NCBI GenBank assembly: GCA_012295275.1
Contig: CM022676.1
Coordinates: 18,104,001-18,168,000, forward strand
Source of the DNA: Chrysomallon squamiferum
Taxonomy: Eukaryota > Animalia > Mollusca
Direction of reading: 5' to 3'
Length of the DNA stretch: 64,000 nucleotides
The notes under the pieces are model-generated. The model saw nothing but the letters and a program-made list of their open reading frames with translations, had not been told where the DNA came from and made no database searches. Positions 38,828-52,735 of this stretch are shown here, one piece after another. How positions within the stretch are numbered: the first letter of the stretch is position 1; every line of letters starts with the position of its first letter. The translations under genes were made by a program, and so were the position numbers.

Positions 38828-39589
38828 TTATCTTCACTAAACTGGGATACAAAACAAAACAATATACTTGGTTACGTTTATTAAAAATATCAGATGATAT
38901 CGAACATTCCTTAGTTAAAAGAAGAAAAGGAAAACAAACGAGGAAGAAGAAAATAAAAAGTCTAGAGAAGATCGAAATGGATTTATTCAAGAACAGCAAC
39001 AAGGAAAACAGTTACAAGTGTCGTAGATACAAGTAACCAACACAGACACTAAGCCTGCACCTTTACTGTGTCTTAATTACTGCAGACTGCTGTTCTTTTG
39101 CAACAACCACTACGACAGCGGCTGCTAATATGTCCAAGCTACTACTTCTGCTGTTGGAGTTAGCTGTTACAACTACATAACAGTTACTACTATGTCGCTT
39201 CTAGATCTGTCTGTTCGGTTTTGTTTTATATTTAAAATGTCTGTTCGGTTTTGTTTTATATTTAAAATGAGTTATTAGTGTTTTTCTAAACCAACCTTTT
39301 ATAAGTATAAAGTACAATTCTGTTGTTTAATTATCACCGTTCAAAGTAAATGTTGAGTATCAAATGCATCGTGTTTAACTATTTTCATAGAGCAGACAAG
39401 AAAAGTGTTTACTGATACAGTGGGAGATAATTCCTTTACCACTTGCATGAAGAGAAAGTTTGAATTATTTCCCTTTAGTGTTTCGAATTTATTCTTAATT
39501 AATTGTAGATTTTTGATGAAAAAACTGAAACTAAAAGTTATATAATATCGTGGAATTAAAAAAAGAAAAGAAAGAAAATAAAAGAAAAT

Positions 39590-40135
39590 CAATATTTAAA
39601 TTTGGTGTGTCAATTCAAAGATGAATATCGACCATTTATAATAAACATGAATCGTGTTTATACATAAAAGGTAAGATTACTAAACGGTTCAAATGTACAG
39701 AGGTTGTAGACAAGGGGATCTATTACTTCACTGTGTTTTCATTTTATGTGTTGAGAATCTTGTAATCTTAGTAAGAAATATCAAATATATACACGGGATT
39801 GAGATTAACGGTAATGAATTTAAAATGTCACAATTTGCCAGGAACACAACAGTGCTGTCACGTTGGTGTGATAAAACTCTATAAGAATATGTAGAGACAT
39901 TAAAACAGTTTACCGATATATATGTTCTTACAGTTAATAAAGATAAAACAGATATAATAAAATTAGGCAAAGACAAAATGATCACAGAAAAAATAACATC
40001 AAACCATACATTAAAATGTGCTACACAATTTACAATACTTGCGATGTGGTTTTCTACGGATCAAGCACAACAACTAAGCTTTAACGCAAAGTTCATTAAC
40101 GTTCAAACGTTGCTTCAATCGTTGTTTCTTACGTT
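39590..40135 (+). mobile_element. Degraded L1/Tx1-clade LINE reverse-transcriptase fragment
   Basis: FKFG...IYN...RGCRQGD...FILCVENL...GIEING.EFKMSQFARNTT corresponds to RT motifs GCRQGDPLS and QFADDTT; stops and frameshifts present. Confidence 0.85.
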
Positions 40136-40757
40136 TAGAACATAAAAACATGGTTGTAAATCTTCTCAAACAGCTGACAGCACTACCTGCAGTGTAATGT
40201 TTTTTATTTTTCTTATTGTTAATTAGAATTATTTTTCTGTGTTTTTATAAAACCTAAACCATCTTCTCATTCAATAAGTGTTTATCCTGAGAAAAGCTGA
40301 AATTATAGAAAAAGTTTAAGCTTGAAATGAATTTAAAGAAAAATAGATTTGTATTTATTTATTTAGTTTATTTTATATCAGATCCAAAAAAGTCAGTGCC
40401 TCTACATCAATCTTCAGTTCTGATAACATTACAACATGAAACACTAAACAATAACTTAAGAAAAAATGTTTCATTCAGTCAACTACACAAATCCTCTCCA
40501 TGTGCTCTGGAGCTGTCCATGATACAAACAAGTGAGTAGTCAACCTTCATCTTGTATGTTCCTGCAGTTTTTTACTCTATATACCCACTGAAAAAAGAAA
40601 CCAAGACATGCATTACCAGAAACACCAGGAAACCTGGTAGACCAGGAACACAATCATTACCATGAAGTCCTTGAACACCAGGTGCCACAGGATCTCCATG
40701 GATACCAAGTTCTCCAGTGTAACCAGTTTCACCTTTTCTACAGTCACAACGTGTACC
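40136..40757 (-). pseudogene. COL4A1: Type IV collagen fragments, copy C: Gly-X-Y exon, NC1 exon, intron and truncated next NC1 exon
   Basis: 40757-40617 GET-GYT-GEL-GIH-GDP-VAP-GVQ-GLH-GND-CVP-GLP-GFL; ~40568-40487 AGTYKMKVDYSLVCIMDSSRAHGEDL; 40186-40136 SAVSCLRRFTTM, cut off next to the LINE fragment. Confidence 0.88.
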
Positions 40758-42135
40758 AGAGAGAAACACAATTTTATTATTCAGGTATTAACTGAGTGTT
40801 TTTATAATAGTTTTTATTAATCAATTACTTGTACAAGACATGCTGTTTGTCTAGCTTAAGCGATGTTAAAGTAAAGTTTTTCTTCTTTTTACTTTTTTCT
40901 AATCTTGATACACAAAAGCTGATAATATATAACCCAATAACTGATCCTCATACCCATATTCTATTCATATATATATAGTTCTTTCTGTGATGCTAGATTT
41001 CAACTCTCGACATACAAATGCAAATGGTATATAACCAAACAACTGATTCTTACATTCTGTTCATACACACACTTCTTTCCTATATTTTTGTTTACTTTCA
41101 AAACAATGCTTCATGACAAGTACAAATAAAGCCTATATCATTGTAATTATTACAAACATTTTAAAAACAAATGTTGTTTAGATTTATCCTGAAAACAGAA
41201 CATGAAATATGATTTATAAGCTGAAAGTATGTAAATAAAAATGGTGTTAAATAGATTTTTGTTTTAGTCTTACCAAGTAACACATCATCAGACAGTGATA
41301 AAGATTAGAAATCTTAATGAATTTAAAATTGTATGATCTTAGCATTATGAAGAAACATTAAACAGCTGTCACAAAATATTAAAAGTTATCAGAGGTAATT
41401 AGTGAAATGTTCTGACTGAAATATTTAAACAGTATTTAAAGAACAATTTATATGTGAAACAGATTTCTTAAAATGTTATAAGACAAGAGCCACTATAAAT
41501 AAATGGCAAATGTTTATTTCATATAAAAGGTTTTCTCGTAGCTGTATCAGTTGGATAACGGCTTATCTTAATCTGACAAATTGGTTTATATAATTGAAAT
41601 AATAGCAGCGAACAATTCAAGACGCTGTGAAATCCACGAACGATAACTCCACCGAACACTTTATCGCACGTCATTTCTTTCAAACAAAAAGTTCCCAGGA
41701 ACAGTAACAGTTTAAACTTCTTAGATATAAAAGATATTCACTTTTTTTTATATAAAATAAAACAAATACTTTGTTATAGAGTTATGTCCCATGATAACTT
41801 GTTCCGTTAACCAACCGATAAATCTTTTACCAAGAAACCAATCGTACATCCTCGCTTATTTTCGTGAAGACAAAGAAATAAATAATATTTTTAAAAAAAA
41901 TATGTATTCTTGATTAACAAAATAGTTTATGTGTGTGTGTATATATATATGTATATGCACAGGTGTGCGTGTATGTGTCTGCCACTATAGAGTATTATCT
42001 ATATTTAGAAATACAGAAAGCGTGTATTTCTCTGCTTAATAATAGAATAAAATAAATAAATCTATATATCTATTACACACTCACACACACACACGTACAT
42101 TAGATCATTACTACTACTACTACTACTACTACTAC

Positions 42136-42168
<33 letters not shown>

Positions 42169-42545
42169 CAACAGCAACAACAACAACAACAATAATAAAT
42201 AAATAAAACAGAAAAAAAGAACTATAAACTGAAACAAACTGTTGGTCTCTGTTATCCAGCCTAAGGAAAACCAAAACAGAAAAAAAAAAAAAAAAAAAAA
42301 ATAAAAAAGAGAGAAAGCGGAAGATAGAAAGAAAAAAAAAAAAAGTAGAAAAGATTAAAAGAAAGAAATACAAATTATCGATCTTAATTATGACTTCGTA
42401 ATTATGAGATTTATAACTAGTTGTAATTTCCTTTCACAGGTCTTATTAATAGGTGCTTCTAACAAAACAAAATAAAATGTATTGATTATTTCTGTTTAAT
42501 CTGTTTACAACTGGCACGTGCAGAATTGTTCTAATTAATGTCAGA

Positions 42546-42744
42546 TTAGTATACCTGTATAGATCTTAATAATTGGTTCATGATAATACTAGTTGAAATT
42601 ATTAAGTAGTAAGTACACGAAAAAAATATACTACTACTATTAACAGTAGCGGTGGTAGTATTAGTAGTAATAATAGGTATTTAAAGTAATGCTATATCAT
42701 TATTCTTATTCTTCCTTTCTTCTATTTTTACCCTTTTTAACGTA

Positions 42745-42782
<38 letters not shown>

Positions 42783-43312
42783 TAATTAATTTATTTATTT
42801 ATTTATTTATGTATTTATTTATTGTCAGTAAATTATATTTAATACAGTGACATCTGACTAGTTACCGACATAAATTCATAAACTAAGTTGTACTGTGAAT
42901 TATGGGAAGGTGATATTAAAGAATCAGGTAACATCTGAGACCACTTATTGCTGAGTTATGTAAGTGAAAAGATCAATTCAGGGACAGTTTAACAGTGACT
43001 CTCCTGCTCGTTACGACTCGATATGCTGGACGGGTCTCTTGCGTCCTGAAATCGTAACGAAAATCCCTTTCTCTTTCCTTCCCCAAAACTCTTTTCTGCG
43101 ACAGACACGCCAGCTGGTCTGTCAGAAAGCGTGTCTGTCGTAAACGTGCTTCACAACACCTTGCTCTGATTAGCACGTTAATTTTTTTTTTCCCAGATGG
43201 GAAAACCCATTCTACATCAGCTGTTTATAAACAGCGAAGTGTGATTCTAAGGTACTGAACACCGCTGAATGTTACGCTGTTATCAGAACAGTTCACTGAT
43301 GCTTCTGCCTCC
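42546..43312 (+). repeat. Non-coding segment paralogous to 1-860
   Basis: See 1-860. Contains GGGAAAACCC (43199-43208) and TTTATAAA (~43225). Confidence 0.85.
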
Positions 43313-43517
43313 AGTAAGCTCTTCTTCTGTTTTTACTTATATATTTATTTATTTATTATCATTGATAATATCTTATTTCAACTTTTTAGTGTCTTTTATA
43401 CCTCACGTTTGCCAAAGACAATACAGTCTCAGTTTGTTTTCTATTTGTGCACCAGAACCAACACAACTAACAGACGTGGAAAACAAAGAAAATGAATGTT
43501 TCAAAATTTATTATAGA

Positions 43518-43642
<125 letters not shown>

Positions 43643-44566
43643 TTAACAATTCTATTATAATGTAAAGTAGTTTATTTCAAAAAAAGTTGTGATATTTAAA
43701 ATGTATTTGTACATATTCCAAAGTAATCAAATAAAGCTCAAATAAAATATTTATATGATTAAAATGAAATTATTCTGTCATTTAAAAATATTCGTATTGT
43801 TTCTTGATGTTCACCTATTTATATGTCTGTATGTCTGTAAAATATAATTAATGTGTATAATATCATTGTAATACAAAGTAGTTCTCTTATAGCTTTATTA
43901 TTAACAGCTAACATGAATTATTGTTTTCTTAGGGGGATCCAGTTGTACTGCACTATTATACGTCATTTTCTAATTTTTATTCTGCCTCACATACTTTATA
44001 AAACTCTCTTCAGACATGGAGTTAAATTTCAAAGATTTCAAAATCAAAACATGAAACAAACGGAAGTCAACAATGAAAAGATCACACACAAAAACACACA
44101 CACAGGCACACACACAATACAAAAAAATAATTCGTAGAAACAACCGCACGAATGAAAATTTTGAAAGTAAATAAGTTTTTATTTTTAAATTTATTATGTA
44201 ATTAAGCAAGTCTAAATGTGCCATTAATAATAAATATTTTTATAAAAACCAAAAACAACTACTGCTACTACTACTAATAATAATTGTAATAATAATAATT
44301 ATTATTATTATTATTAACATAAATAAATAAACTAATTACTTTACAACATATGTTATAACTCCTTTATTTGCAACGAAACATTCACTAAGAATAATAAATA
44401 AATAAATTAAATTAATTTAATAACCAAAAGTAAACAAATTAACTAAAGTTATTACTTTACAATAAATAACTGAATTCTGTTTATTTATCAGTTCGTGTAA
44501 AGAAAAGAAATGTCTGTCAACTTCAAAGCAGTTAAAGTGAAACAAACTTAGGAGACAGTTTGAAGT

Positions 44567-45993
44567 TTACTTTCTACACCATGTAAATATTTTTATTTCC
44601 CCAGTGAATCGCTGTCCAACGTAAAGTTTGTTGTCATCACAACAGACAGACCGAGGTTTGGACAGTCCATCCTGGTCAGTGAGGATGTCACGTGTAATGT
44701 TACCATCTCGTGACAACTGAACAACACAATTTCTATGAAAATGACAAACAAAAATATTTCCCTCCGTATCACATGTAACACCTGTCAATCCACTCAGTCT
44801 GGCTGAATCACGTGACTCCCATTTGACGTCACCAGATGACGTCACACAAAATACTTTGTTTTCAGTTTTCCTCTTTGAAACAACAATCAGACATTGATCG
44901 TGAACTGTGAGACTGTACGGTCCGGGGATCAAATCTGTTGAGATAGGATTAATGAGCTGACCAGTGTCCGTCAGTATGTCCAAGTACCGACCAATATATC
45001 CCCCAGTGAGTGCGAGACGGTTGCCAGGTAACACAGCAATAAACTCATATTTTTTATTAGTTTGAACTGTCTTGATCAGTCCGAAGTTTTTCAAATTTAA
45101 AAACAGTATTTTATATTCATCTGGCAGAGCAACAACAACAACATCACCCCGCTGATCACGTGATTCAGCAAGACCCCATGGTGGACTGGAAGTTACGTAT
45201 CTGTTTATCAGTGATTTTCGTTCTAAACAAAAACATTTTACACAGTCATTGTCCAAATCACTAACAACAATTTTACTTTTGTCCTCACCTGACACCAGAA
45301 TGGAATACAGACACGGATCATTTTTATCTTCTTGAGTTTTTGCGTTAATGGTGTCTGTGTGTTTCAGGGTGTTTGTCAGTTTGTTTATCTGTGTGTCTGT
45401 GTGTGGTGTTTCTGTTTCAATGGTGTCTGTGTGTTGGAGTGTGTCTGTCACTACGTCTATCTGTTTGTCTGTTTGGATCTTTGTCGTTATTTCTCCGATG
45501 TGCACAGACATATTTTTCTTATCAGATTTTATGACATTTATTTTTATTTCTGCTTTTCCTACTTGTGAAAGAGATTTGGACAGGAACTCGAAAGTTGTGT
45601 TTTGAAGTTTGGTGAATTTTGAAATATTTATTTTTATATCTGACTCAGAGTTTCTTTGTAACAAATCTCGACCTACTTTGATCATTTTGTCATTTTCCTC
45701 AATCAGATATTTATGTTCAGTAAAGAGTTTATCTATTTCTGAGTTTACAAAGTTCTGAGATGTTTCTATTTCTCCTATTAACCTCTCTTGTTCTTTTTGG
45801 ACTGCAGCGGTAAAGTCTGTGATTAGTGTGTTACCAATCCTTCTCACATCTTCTGTAGACTCCATGACGTTGATGTTGACGGCTTCGCGAAGTTCTTTAA
45901 TCTGATCATCCATCTCTGTCTGAAGAATTTCTTTGTAGGATTTGAGACTCTCACAAACAGAACTCAGAATTGAAAAGTGACCTCTCTTTTTAG
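44567..45993 (-). CDS. TRIM-NHL-like gene A, coding exon 2 (coiled coil, Thr/Asp/His linker, NHL-type beta-propeller)
   Basis: Acceptor TTTATTTCAG| at 45994; in frame with exon 1, giving 570 aa. Propeller blades include PWGLA, PYSLTV, GVTCDTEGNIFVC and GLSKPRSVCCD...LYVG. Confidence 0.88.
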
Positions 45994-46316
45994 CTGAAAT
46001 AAATAAATAAATAAACAGTTAATATATTAGATAATAATAATAATAAGGAGAAGAAGAAGAAGAAGAATTCAAATTGTACTAATAATTATGATAAAGATAT
46101 GGGTAACAATATGAAGAATTTTAGAATATATTTTATCAACTAATTTAAGAATCTGATTATAAATCTTTTTTATGAACAAAATAACGTTCCTTTCTTTATG
46201 AGCCTGCTGCTATGGTTCAAGCAACAGAAAAATATATTTTAGTTAAATGATCACTGTCTCTTTGTTTAATTGCTTGTTATTATTGTAATGAATCTGAACA
46301 CAACACTGTGACTCAC

Positions 46317-46602
46317 AAAACTTTGAGTGTAGCCGATCATTAATGGCGTCCTGTAGTGACTTGTTTATAGGGAATTGATCTGCCCACGTATACACTGCTT
46401 TCGTGCTGTCCGGGATGTGAACATGCTGCCTGCAGAACGGGCAGGCGATTTGTGTGTCGTTGTTGTCGTAATTGTGACTTATATAGTTCTGCAGGCATTT
46501 GGAGCAAAACGAATGTCCACAGTTTAAAACTCGAGGCTTATCGAAAATGTCCATACATAGACAGCACGAAAGATTATCATCGGAGATTGAAGGTGTTGCC
46601 AT
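46317..46602 (-). CDS. TRIM-NHL-like gene A, coding exon 1 (C3HC4 RING finger)
   Basis: MATPSISDDNLSCCLCMDIFDKPRVLNCGHSFCSKCL...CPFCR...FPIN; phase-1 donor T|GTGAGT at 46316; acceptor CAG just before the ATG. Confidence 0.88.
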
Positions 46603-46607
46603 ATCTG

Positions 46608-46662
<55 letters not shown>

Positions 46663-47319
46663 TTTAGAGAAAATCAAGAACAGCAATTGAAAACAATTGA
46701 CTGCAGTAAAAAAGTACACATTAATTCCATTTAGTTCGTAACACAACTGTATATACAAATAAGTAAATGAAATGATATATATACGAACTTGCAAACATAG
46801 CACTATCATATTATAAATATTCTCTGCAAACTGTTTATTTGTTTATTTATCTATTTTGTTTTATTTATAAAATAAAATAAAAAAACTCTCTTTAACTGCA
46901 TTACGAACTTGCTAAATTTAACCTTGTGACGTGACGCTTTATTTGAGAAGGAAAACGACAGTTCTACTGTAAACTGGTGGGAGATAGAACTAATAGAGTA
47001 ACTGAAGTCAGCTGTAATAAACTCTATGACTGCTGCAAGGTTATTTCTCAAACCACTATTCATGATTCAACTCATAAGTGAACAAAAAAAAACATGACCT
47101 TCAGCGAAGTAATGAATTTACTAATGATAATTATAAATTCACGTTTCAAAAATCTCATAATCAACAAATGAAATTGCAACTGAATGAGAAATTAACACAT
47201 TTGTAATCTGCTGTTAAACGGCTTCATTTATTATGTTTAAGGACTTACATTTAATAGAAGAAAAGAAATTGTGTCTAGTAATTTGACAGATAGTCTCTTT
47301 TTGATAATTACAACCACGT

Positions 47320-47422
47320 ACGGCCTGTGATAAAGTAATCGTGGAACTGACTTTGACAAGGATAACTGCGACAACCCATCGCCAGACACTACTTTCCTCT
47401 GACCACTGAGCCACACCCTCCA
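47320..47422 (-). mobile_element. Possible degraded tRNA-derived SINE head
   Basis: A-box GGGTGTGGCTCAGTGG present; B-box poorly preserved. Confidence 0.3.
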
Positions 47423-49179
47423 CTCTAACAATTATTAAAACACACACAAATTATATACAGACATTTTACTAAGAACACAACCTAAATTACTAAATTTTAT
47501 TTTGAAATATCTTACAGCAACAACAAAACAACAACAACAACAAATAATAATAACAACAACAACAACAACAACAATAATAATAATAATAATAAAAAAAAAA
47601 ATAAATAAATAAATAAATAAGTTTTGTAAATAAATAAATATATAAATAATAAGTGTTCATACCTTTGTCTTAAGAAACGAGAAATATAACAGATGCAAAA
47701 ATATTTCCTCTTATTCGTCTGCAATGCCTGTTTTGCTATTACAGATTTGAGCGCGGAAAAGCGGGTTTTGACAGACGACACTAAGTGGGAGGAAGATACC
47801 AACTGAAAAAAGGAAGGGGTTGAAGCTTTGAAATTTTCTACAACATTTTTGTTTCTTCTGAGAAAAAATTAATTTTGAATGTTTTATAGTTTTGTGGTAA
47901 AGTAAATAGCAGTAACAGTAACAACTACATTAGCATAGTAAGTGCAGTTCATTAATTTTTAAAGCTCTGTTTACAGTTTATCACACCTGTAGTATTAATG
48001 GACACAACAAATGATTTGCAAAAGGACGGAGAAAGGTAATATATTTAACCGCCAAAATGTTATCTGCTTTAAATTTGAATATTGAACTGGAGGTATCAGG
48101 TCATTTCGTTCGAGATATAAGTAAATTATAGGAATTGAAAACAGAAATATTTATAACGTGAAAGTATGATTTTAGTCACCTCCGCACAGTAGTAATAAAA
48201 TAATAATAATATTATATATTCCTTTATTATATATGTTTCATTTTATTCTATTTAAAATAAATAAACAAATAAATAAATAAATATATGAGAACTGCGTCGC
48301 TGAATAAAACCGTCACAATTTTGTTCTTCGTGTCACAAGTGAAGCGCGCTCTACAGGTTTGTTGTAGATCAGAGAAAGATAATGTTTTTAATGTCATCTT
48401 TTTTAAACTTGTATAGTTACACACAGGCTATTGTCGATCCTTTTAACAAGATATATAAATAATGAAAAATAAGCAGGGCAAATACATAACTTGTGCTTTT
48501 AGTCACGTAGGCATAATAATAATAAAAATAATGGTAATAATAATAGTAGTTCCCTGTGTATATTAGATGCCTTCGTTTCGTACTGTTAATATATATACAT
48601 AAAAGATTTATTCAAGAGTACTATAAAGAACACATTCCACTCAAGAGGATGATGAAGAGATGATCGGTTTTTTTAGATAAAGAAATAAAGTACATTACAA
48701 TTAACCAAATACAGCACAAAACCTACACCTACACTGTTACGTTTCTTCATATTTTATGGCAGTGTTAAACGAATTTCGCCATCTAACGTATTATGATATG
48801 AATTTAATCTTCTTTTTTTTCAAATCTAATAATCGACAGTAAGTACAAATGTCAACATTTGTGAATGTAATTTATGAAATGATACTTTTCTCGCAATCTA
48901 ACAAATGATAATATAAAAAATAAAATATTTACTGACCGCTCAGTCTATTCAAACACTAACGTAAAAATAGTAAAATATACAGAGACCCTTTTCATCTATG
49001 AAAAATAAACAAAGAAAGTAAGAAACATTTTTACATAGACGTGTGTGAATGTGTGTGTGTTGTGTGTGTGTGTGCCTGTGTGTGAGAGAGAGCGACAGAG
49101 AGATCTCAGTGAGTAAAAGCTATTATTTATTCATTCATTATTATTATTATTATTATTGTTGTTGTTGTTGTTGTTGTTG

Positions 49180-49210
<31 letters not shown>

Positions 49211-49296
49211 CTGAGTAATAAACTTTCTGGAATCGGGTCTTTGTTAGATATCATTAACCGCTACGAATAAAATACTCGACGCACACAAACACAACA

Positions 49297-49367
<71 letters not shown>

Positions 49368-49686
49368 ACTGGATAAATAAATCCTGTCTTAAACTGAAAG
49401 ACGTACTGGATGATAGAGCATGAAAAAAAAAATTCAGTTGAAAAGCAGTTTACATTCTATTTGTTTGTCGATGCTAAACACACTTGACCCTGATTAGTCA
49501 CGTTTTGAATACAGGCAGTTACAAGTGTGTCAGAAAATTAATTCAGGTCCAGACCAAAAGTAGAAAACTAAACATCTAAATGTAATAAAATAAAATAACA
49601 ACAGTAATTAACAGATATATTATTATTAGTAGTAATATCATACATTTGGTGATAATGATAATAGTAGTAATAGTAGTAGTGGTTGA

Positions 49687-49733
<47 letters not shown>

Positions 49734-50017
49734 AGAGTAGATGTTGTTCTACTACAATATTTTTATCTTTTTAAAATTATATAAATGTCGGAAGATAATA
49801 CAGAAACACATATTAGCAGATGATGTTTATACAGTTAAGATCGACAACTATGTTTATGATTATTATCAAACATGTATTCTGAATGTCATTTCATTATAAA
49901 AATTAAGAATTACAGATGTATGTACACACACACACACACACACACAGTACACACACAAACACACACACAATAGTAGCGCACCGCATCTATAATTTAACGC
50001 AGGTACGGACCTGATAC

Positions 50018-50100
50018 TGATATGAAACATTTTCCTCTTCTGGCAGAACGACAACAGTCAGCTGATCGCCTGATTCAGAAAGACCGCGTGACGGACACAG
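50018..50100 (-). pseudogene. Relic NHL fragment of the same TRIM-like family
   Basis: CPSRGLSESGDQLTVVVLPEEENV versus CPPWGLAESRDQWGDVVVVALPDEYKNI in gene B. Confidence 0.55.
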
Positions 50101-50675
50101 ATAAAATACTTCGTCATCATAAATAAATCCGGTTTAATTTAATTCTGAAAGGCTGGGAATTGACTGTTATACTGGGTACAGTGCAACGACATAATTGCCT
50201 CATTTAATATAATTTAAATATCAAATTTAAAAAATGATAATAAAAGAAGAAGAAAATATACCTTACAATTTAGTCGTCCTGTGAAGACTAAATTGAATCA
50301 GAGATATGTTGTTGTATGTTAATTCAGCTGTTAACAAAATGTAAGTTGCACAAAAAACACAATCCAAACAGAAGAAGATCAGATTTTGTAAACTTTATAA
50401 AAATAACTTTTTGTCTTCGTTGTGATTATTACTGTAATGTTTATAATAATAATAATAATAATAATAATTATCATAATTATTATTGTTGTTGTTGTTGTTG
50501 TTGTTGTTGTTTTTGTTGTTGTTACTGTTGTTGTCACCGACTAGGACCTGTTTAGAACTCTATCACAGGGACCAGTAAATTAAAGCTAATTATCATGTTG
50601 GCATAATACTACACTTATCCACTAGATAAATAAACAAATAACACTTTAAGTTTATTAATTTAACAGAAAAAGAAG

Positions 50676-50715
<40 letters not shown>

Positions 50716-51918
50716 AATACGCTTTTAATAACACAGATTACACTGCAAAAGTCAGAAAAGTATTTTACCACATCCCGCTATCAAACGCTTATCGCATTTT
50801 ACAAAGCAAGGTCAAAGTTTAAAGGTCCTCGCCAGTGACCTCCTTGTTCATCAAAAGGAAACGCTGGGCCGTGCAGAACATCCGCTTGTCGCTTATTCTT
50901 CCTCTGACTCGAGTTTTCCTTGCTGACGTCATACGTTAGATTCCCGCAGACGTCAGTGAAAAGAGCGAGAGAAGTCAGCCCAGGCTGACACATTTTAAAA
51001 CCTTTTTACACACAAAACTCGCCTTAGCTAAATATCTTAACTCTCAAATTTACAAACTAACTTTAAGAGTCCGTCATGGGCTTTTTTCTCCGTGAGAAGA
51101 GTATTATGGATGGTTAAAGAGAAAATTACTTATTTACATATATTGGTAGTTTATTTGCTTACTATAACTACTAAAGCGTGTGTGTGTGTTGTGTGTGTAC
51201 ATTTTTATTTTATATAAAGAGTATTACGTAACTGAAATTATCTATAGCTAGTATATAGAAAAAAAATGTATTATTATTATTATTATTTATTATTATTATT
51301 ATTATTATTATTGCTGCATAATATTGGTACAAAATACGTTTAGTAATGTAGATAAAAACTGCTATAATCATTATAATCATCAATCCTGCCATGAACAAAG
51401 AAACCATCTATAAAAACAAATCAGGCTTCTCGACATGCTCAGGTTTACTTTTATTGTAATTTTGGTGACACTGCTCGCACCTCGCCTTTGAGAGACAAAG
51501 CGGCTTCCCGACTAAGCTGATTATTCCAATTTCTGCAGTTTTATTTTATTTACGTACATGTTATTAATTTTTATATCGACTGCTTATGACTAATCTCTCC
51601 CCGTACAATAACTTGTATCTTAAAGACACTCAAGTTCTCATTAATCAGTTCCCCTCTCATGAATCTTATCACGTTGTAAGGATTAATTAATTAATTAATT
51701 TATTTATTTATTTAAGCCTGGTGTGGTCCCATGAAAATATGTAATTCACCATTGATCAGCCATGTGAGTCAGTTCTAATGAAAATGCAGACTTCTCTGTC
51801 AAGTCTGCTTTATGTTTGCCACGTGTTGCGTTGGTTTACCCTTAAAAAAAGATGGGATCGAAATTGGAATTAATGTGTACTTTTTTACTGCAGTCAATTG
51901 TTCTTGATTTTCTCTAAA

Positions 51919-52000
<82 letters not shown>

Positions 52001-52005
52001 CAGAT

Positions 52006-52291
52006 ATGGCAACACCTTCAATCTCCGATGATAATCTTTCGTGCTGTCTATGTATGGACATTTTCGATAAGCCTCGAGTTTTAAACTGTGGACATTCGTT
52101 TTGCTCCAAATGCCTGCAGAACTATATAAGTCACACTTACGATAACAACGACACACAAATCGCCTGCCCGTTCTGCAGGCAGCATGTTCACATCCCGGAC
52201 AGCACGAAACCAGTGTATACGTGGGCAGATCAATTCCCTATAAACAAGTCACTACAGAACGCCATTAATGATCGTCTACACTCAAAGTTTT
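52006..52291 (+). CDS. TRIM-NHL-like gene B, coding exon 1 (RING)
   Basis: Inverted near-identical copy of 46317-46602; acceptor AG at 52002-52003, donor GTGAGT at 52292. Confidence 0.85.
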
Positions 52292-52562
52292 GTGAGTCAC
52301 AGTGTTGTGTTCAGATTCATTACAATAATAACAAGCAATTAAACAAAGAGACAGCGATCATTTAACTAAAATATATTTTCCTGTTGCTTGAACCATAGCA
52401 GCAGGCTCATAAAGAAAGGAACGTTATTTTGTTCATAAAAACAGATTTATAATCAGATTCTTAAATTAGTTGATAAAATATATTCTAAAATTCTTCATAT
52501 TGTTACCCATATCTTTATCAAAATTATTAGTACAATTTGAATTCTTCTTCTTCTTGTTCTCC

Positions 52563-52599
<37 letters not shown>

Positions 52600-52735
52600 G
52601 ATTATTATTATTATTATTATTGTTGTTATTATTATTATTGTTACTAGTATTATTATTATTATTTTTATTGTTACTATTATTATTATCTAATATATTAATT
52701 GTTTATTTATTTATTTGTTTATTTATTTATTTCAG

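Noticed and set aside
40720-40757. CDC motif as the collagen IV 7S domain
   Set aside because: The TGT codons fall at or near expected Gly positions (as in CVP), so they are more simply GGT-to-TGT decay.
46243-46316. CESQCCVQIH after the RING as a B-box remnant (also 52292-52365)
   Set aside because: It lies beyond a strong GTGAGT donor, is intronic and lacks B-box spacing.
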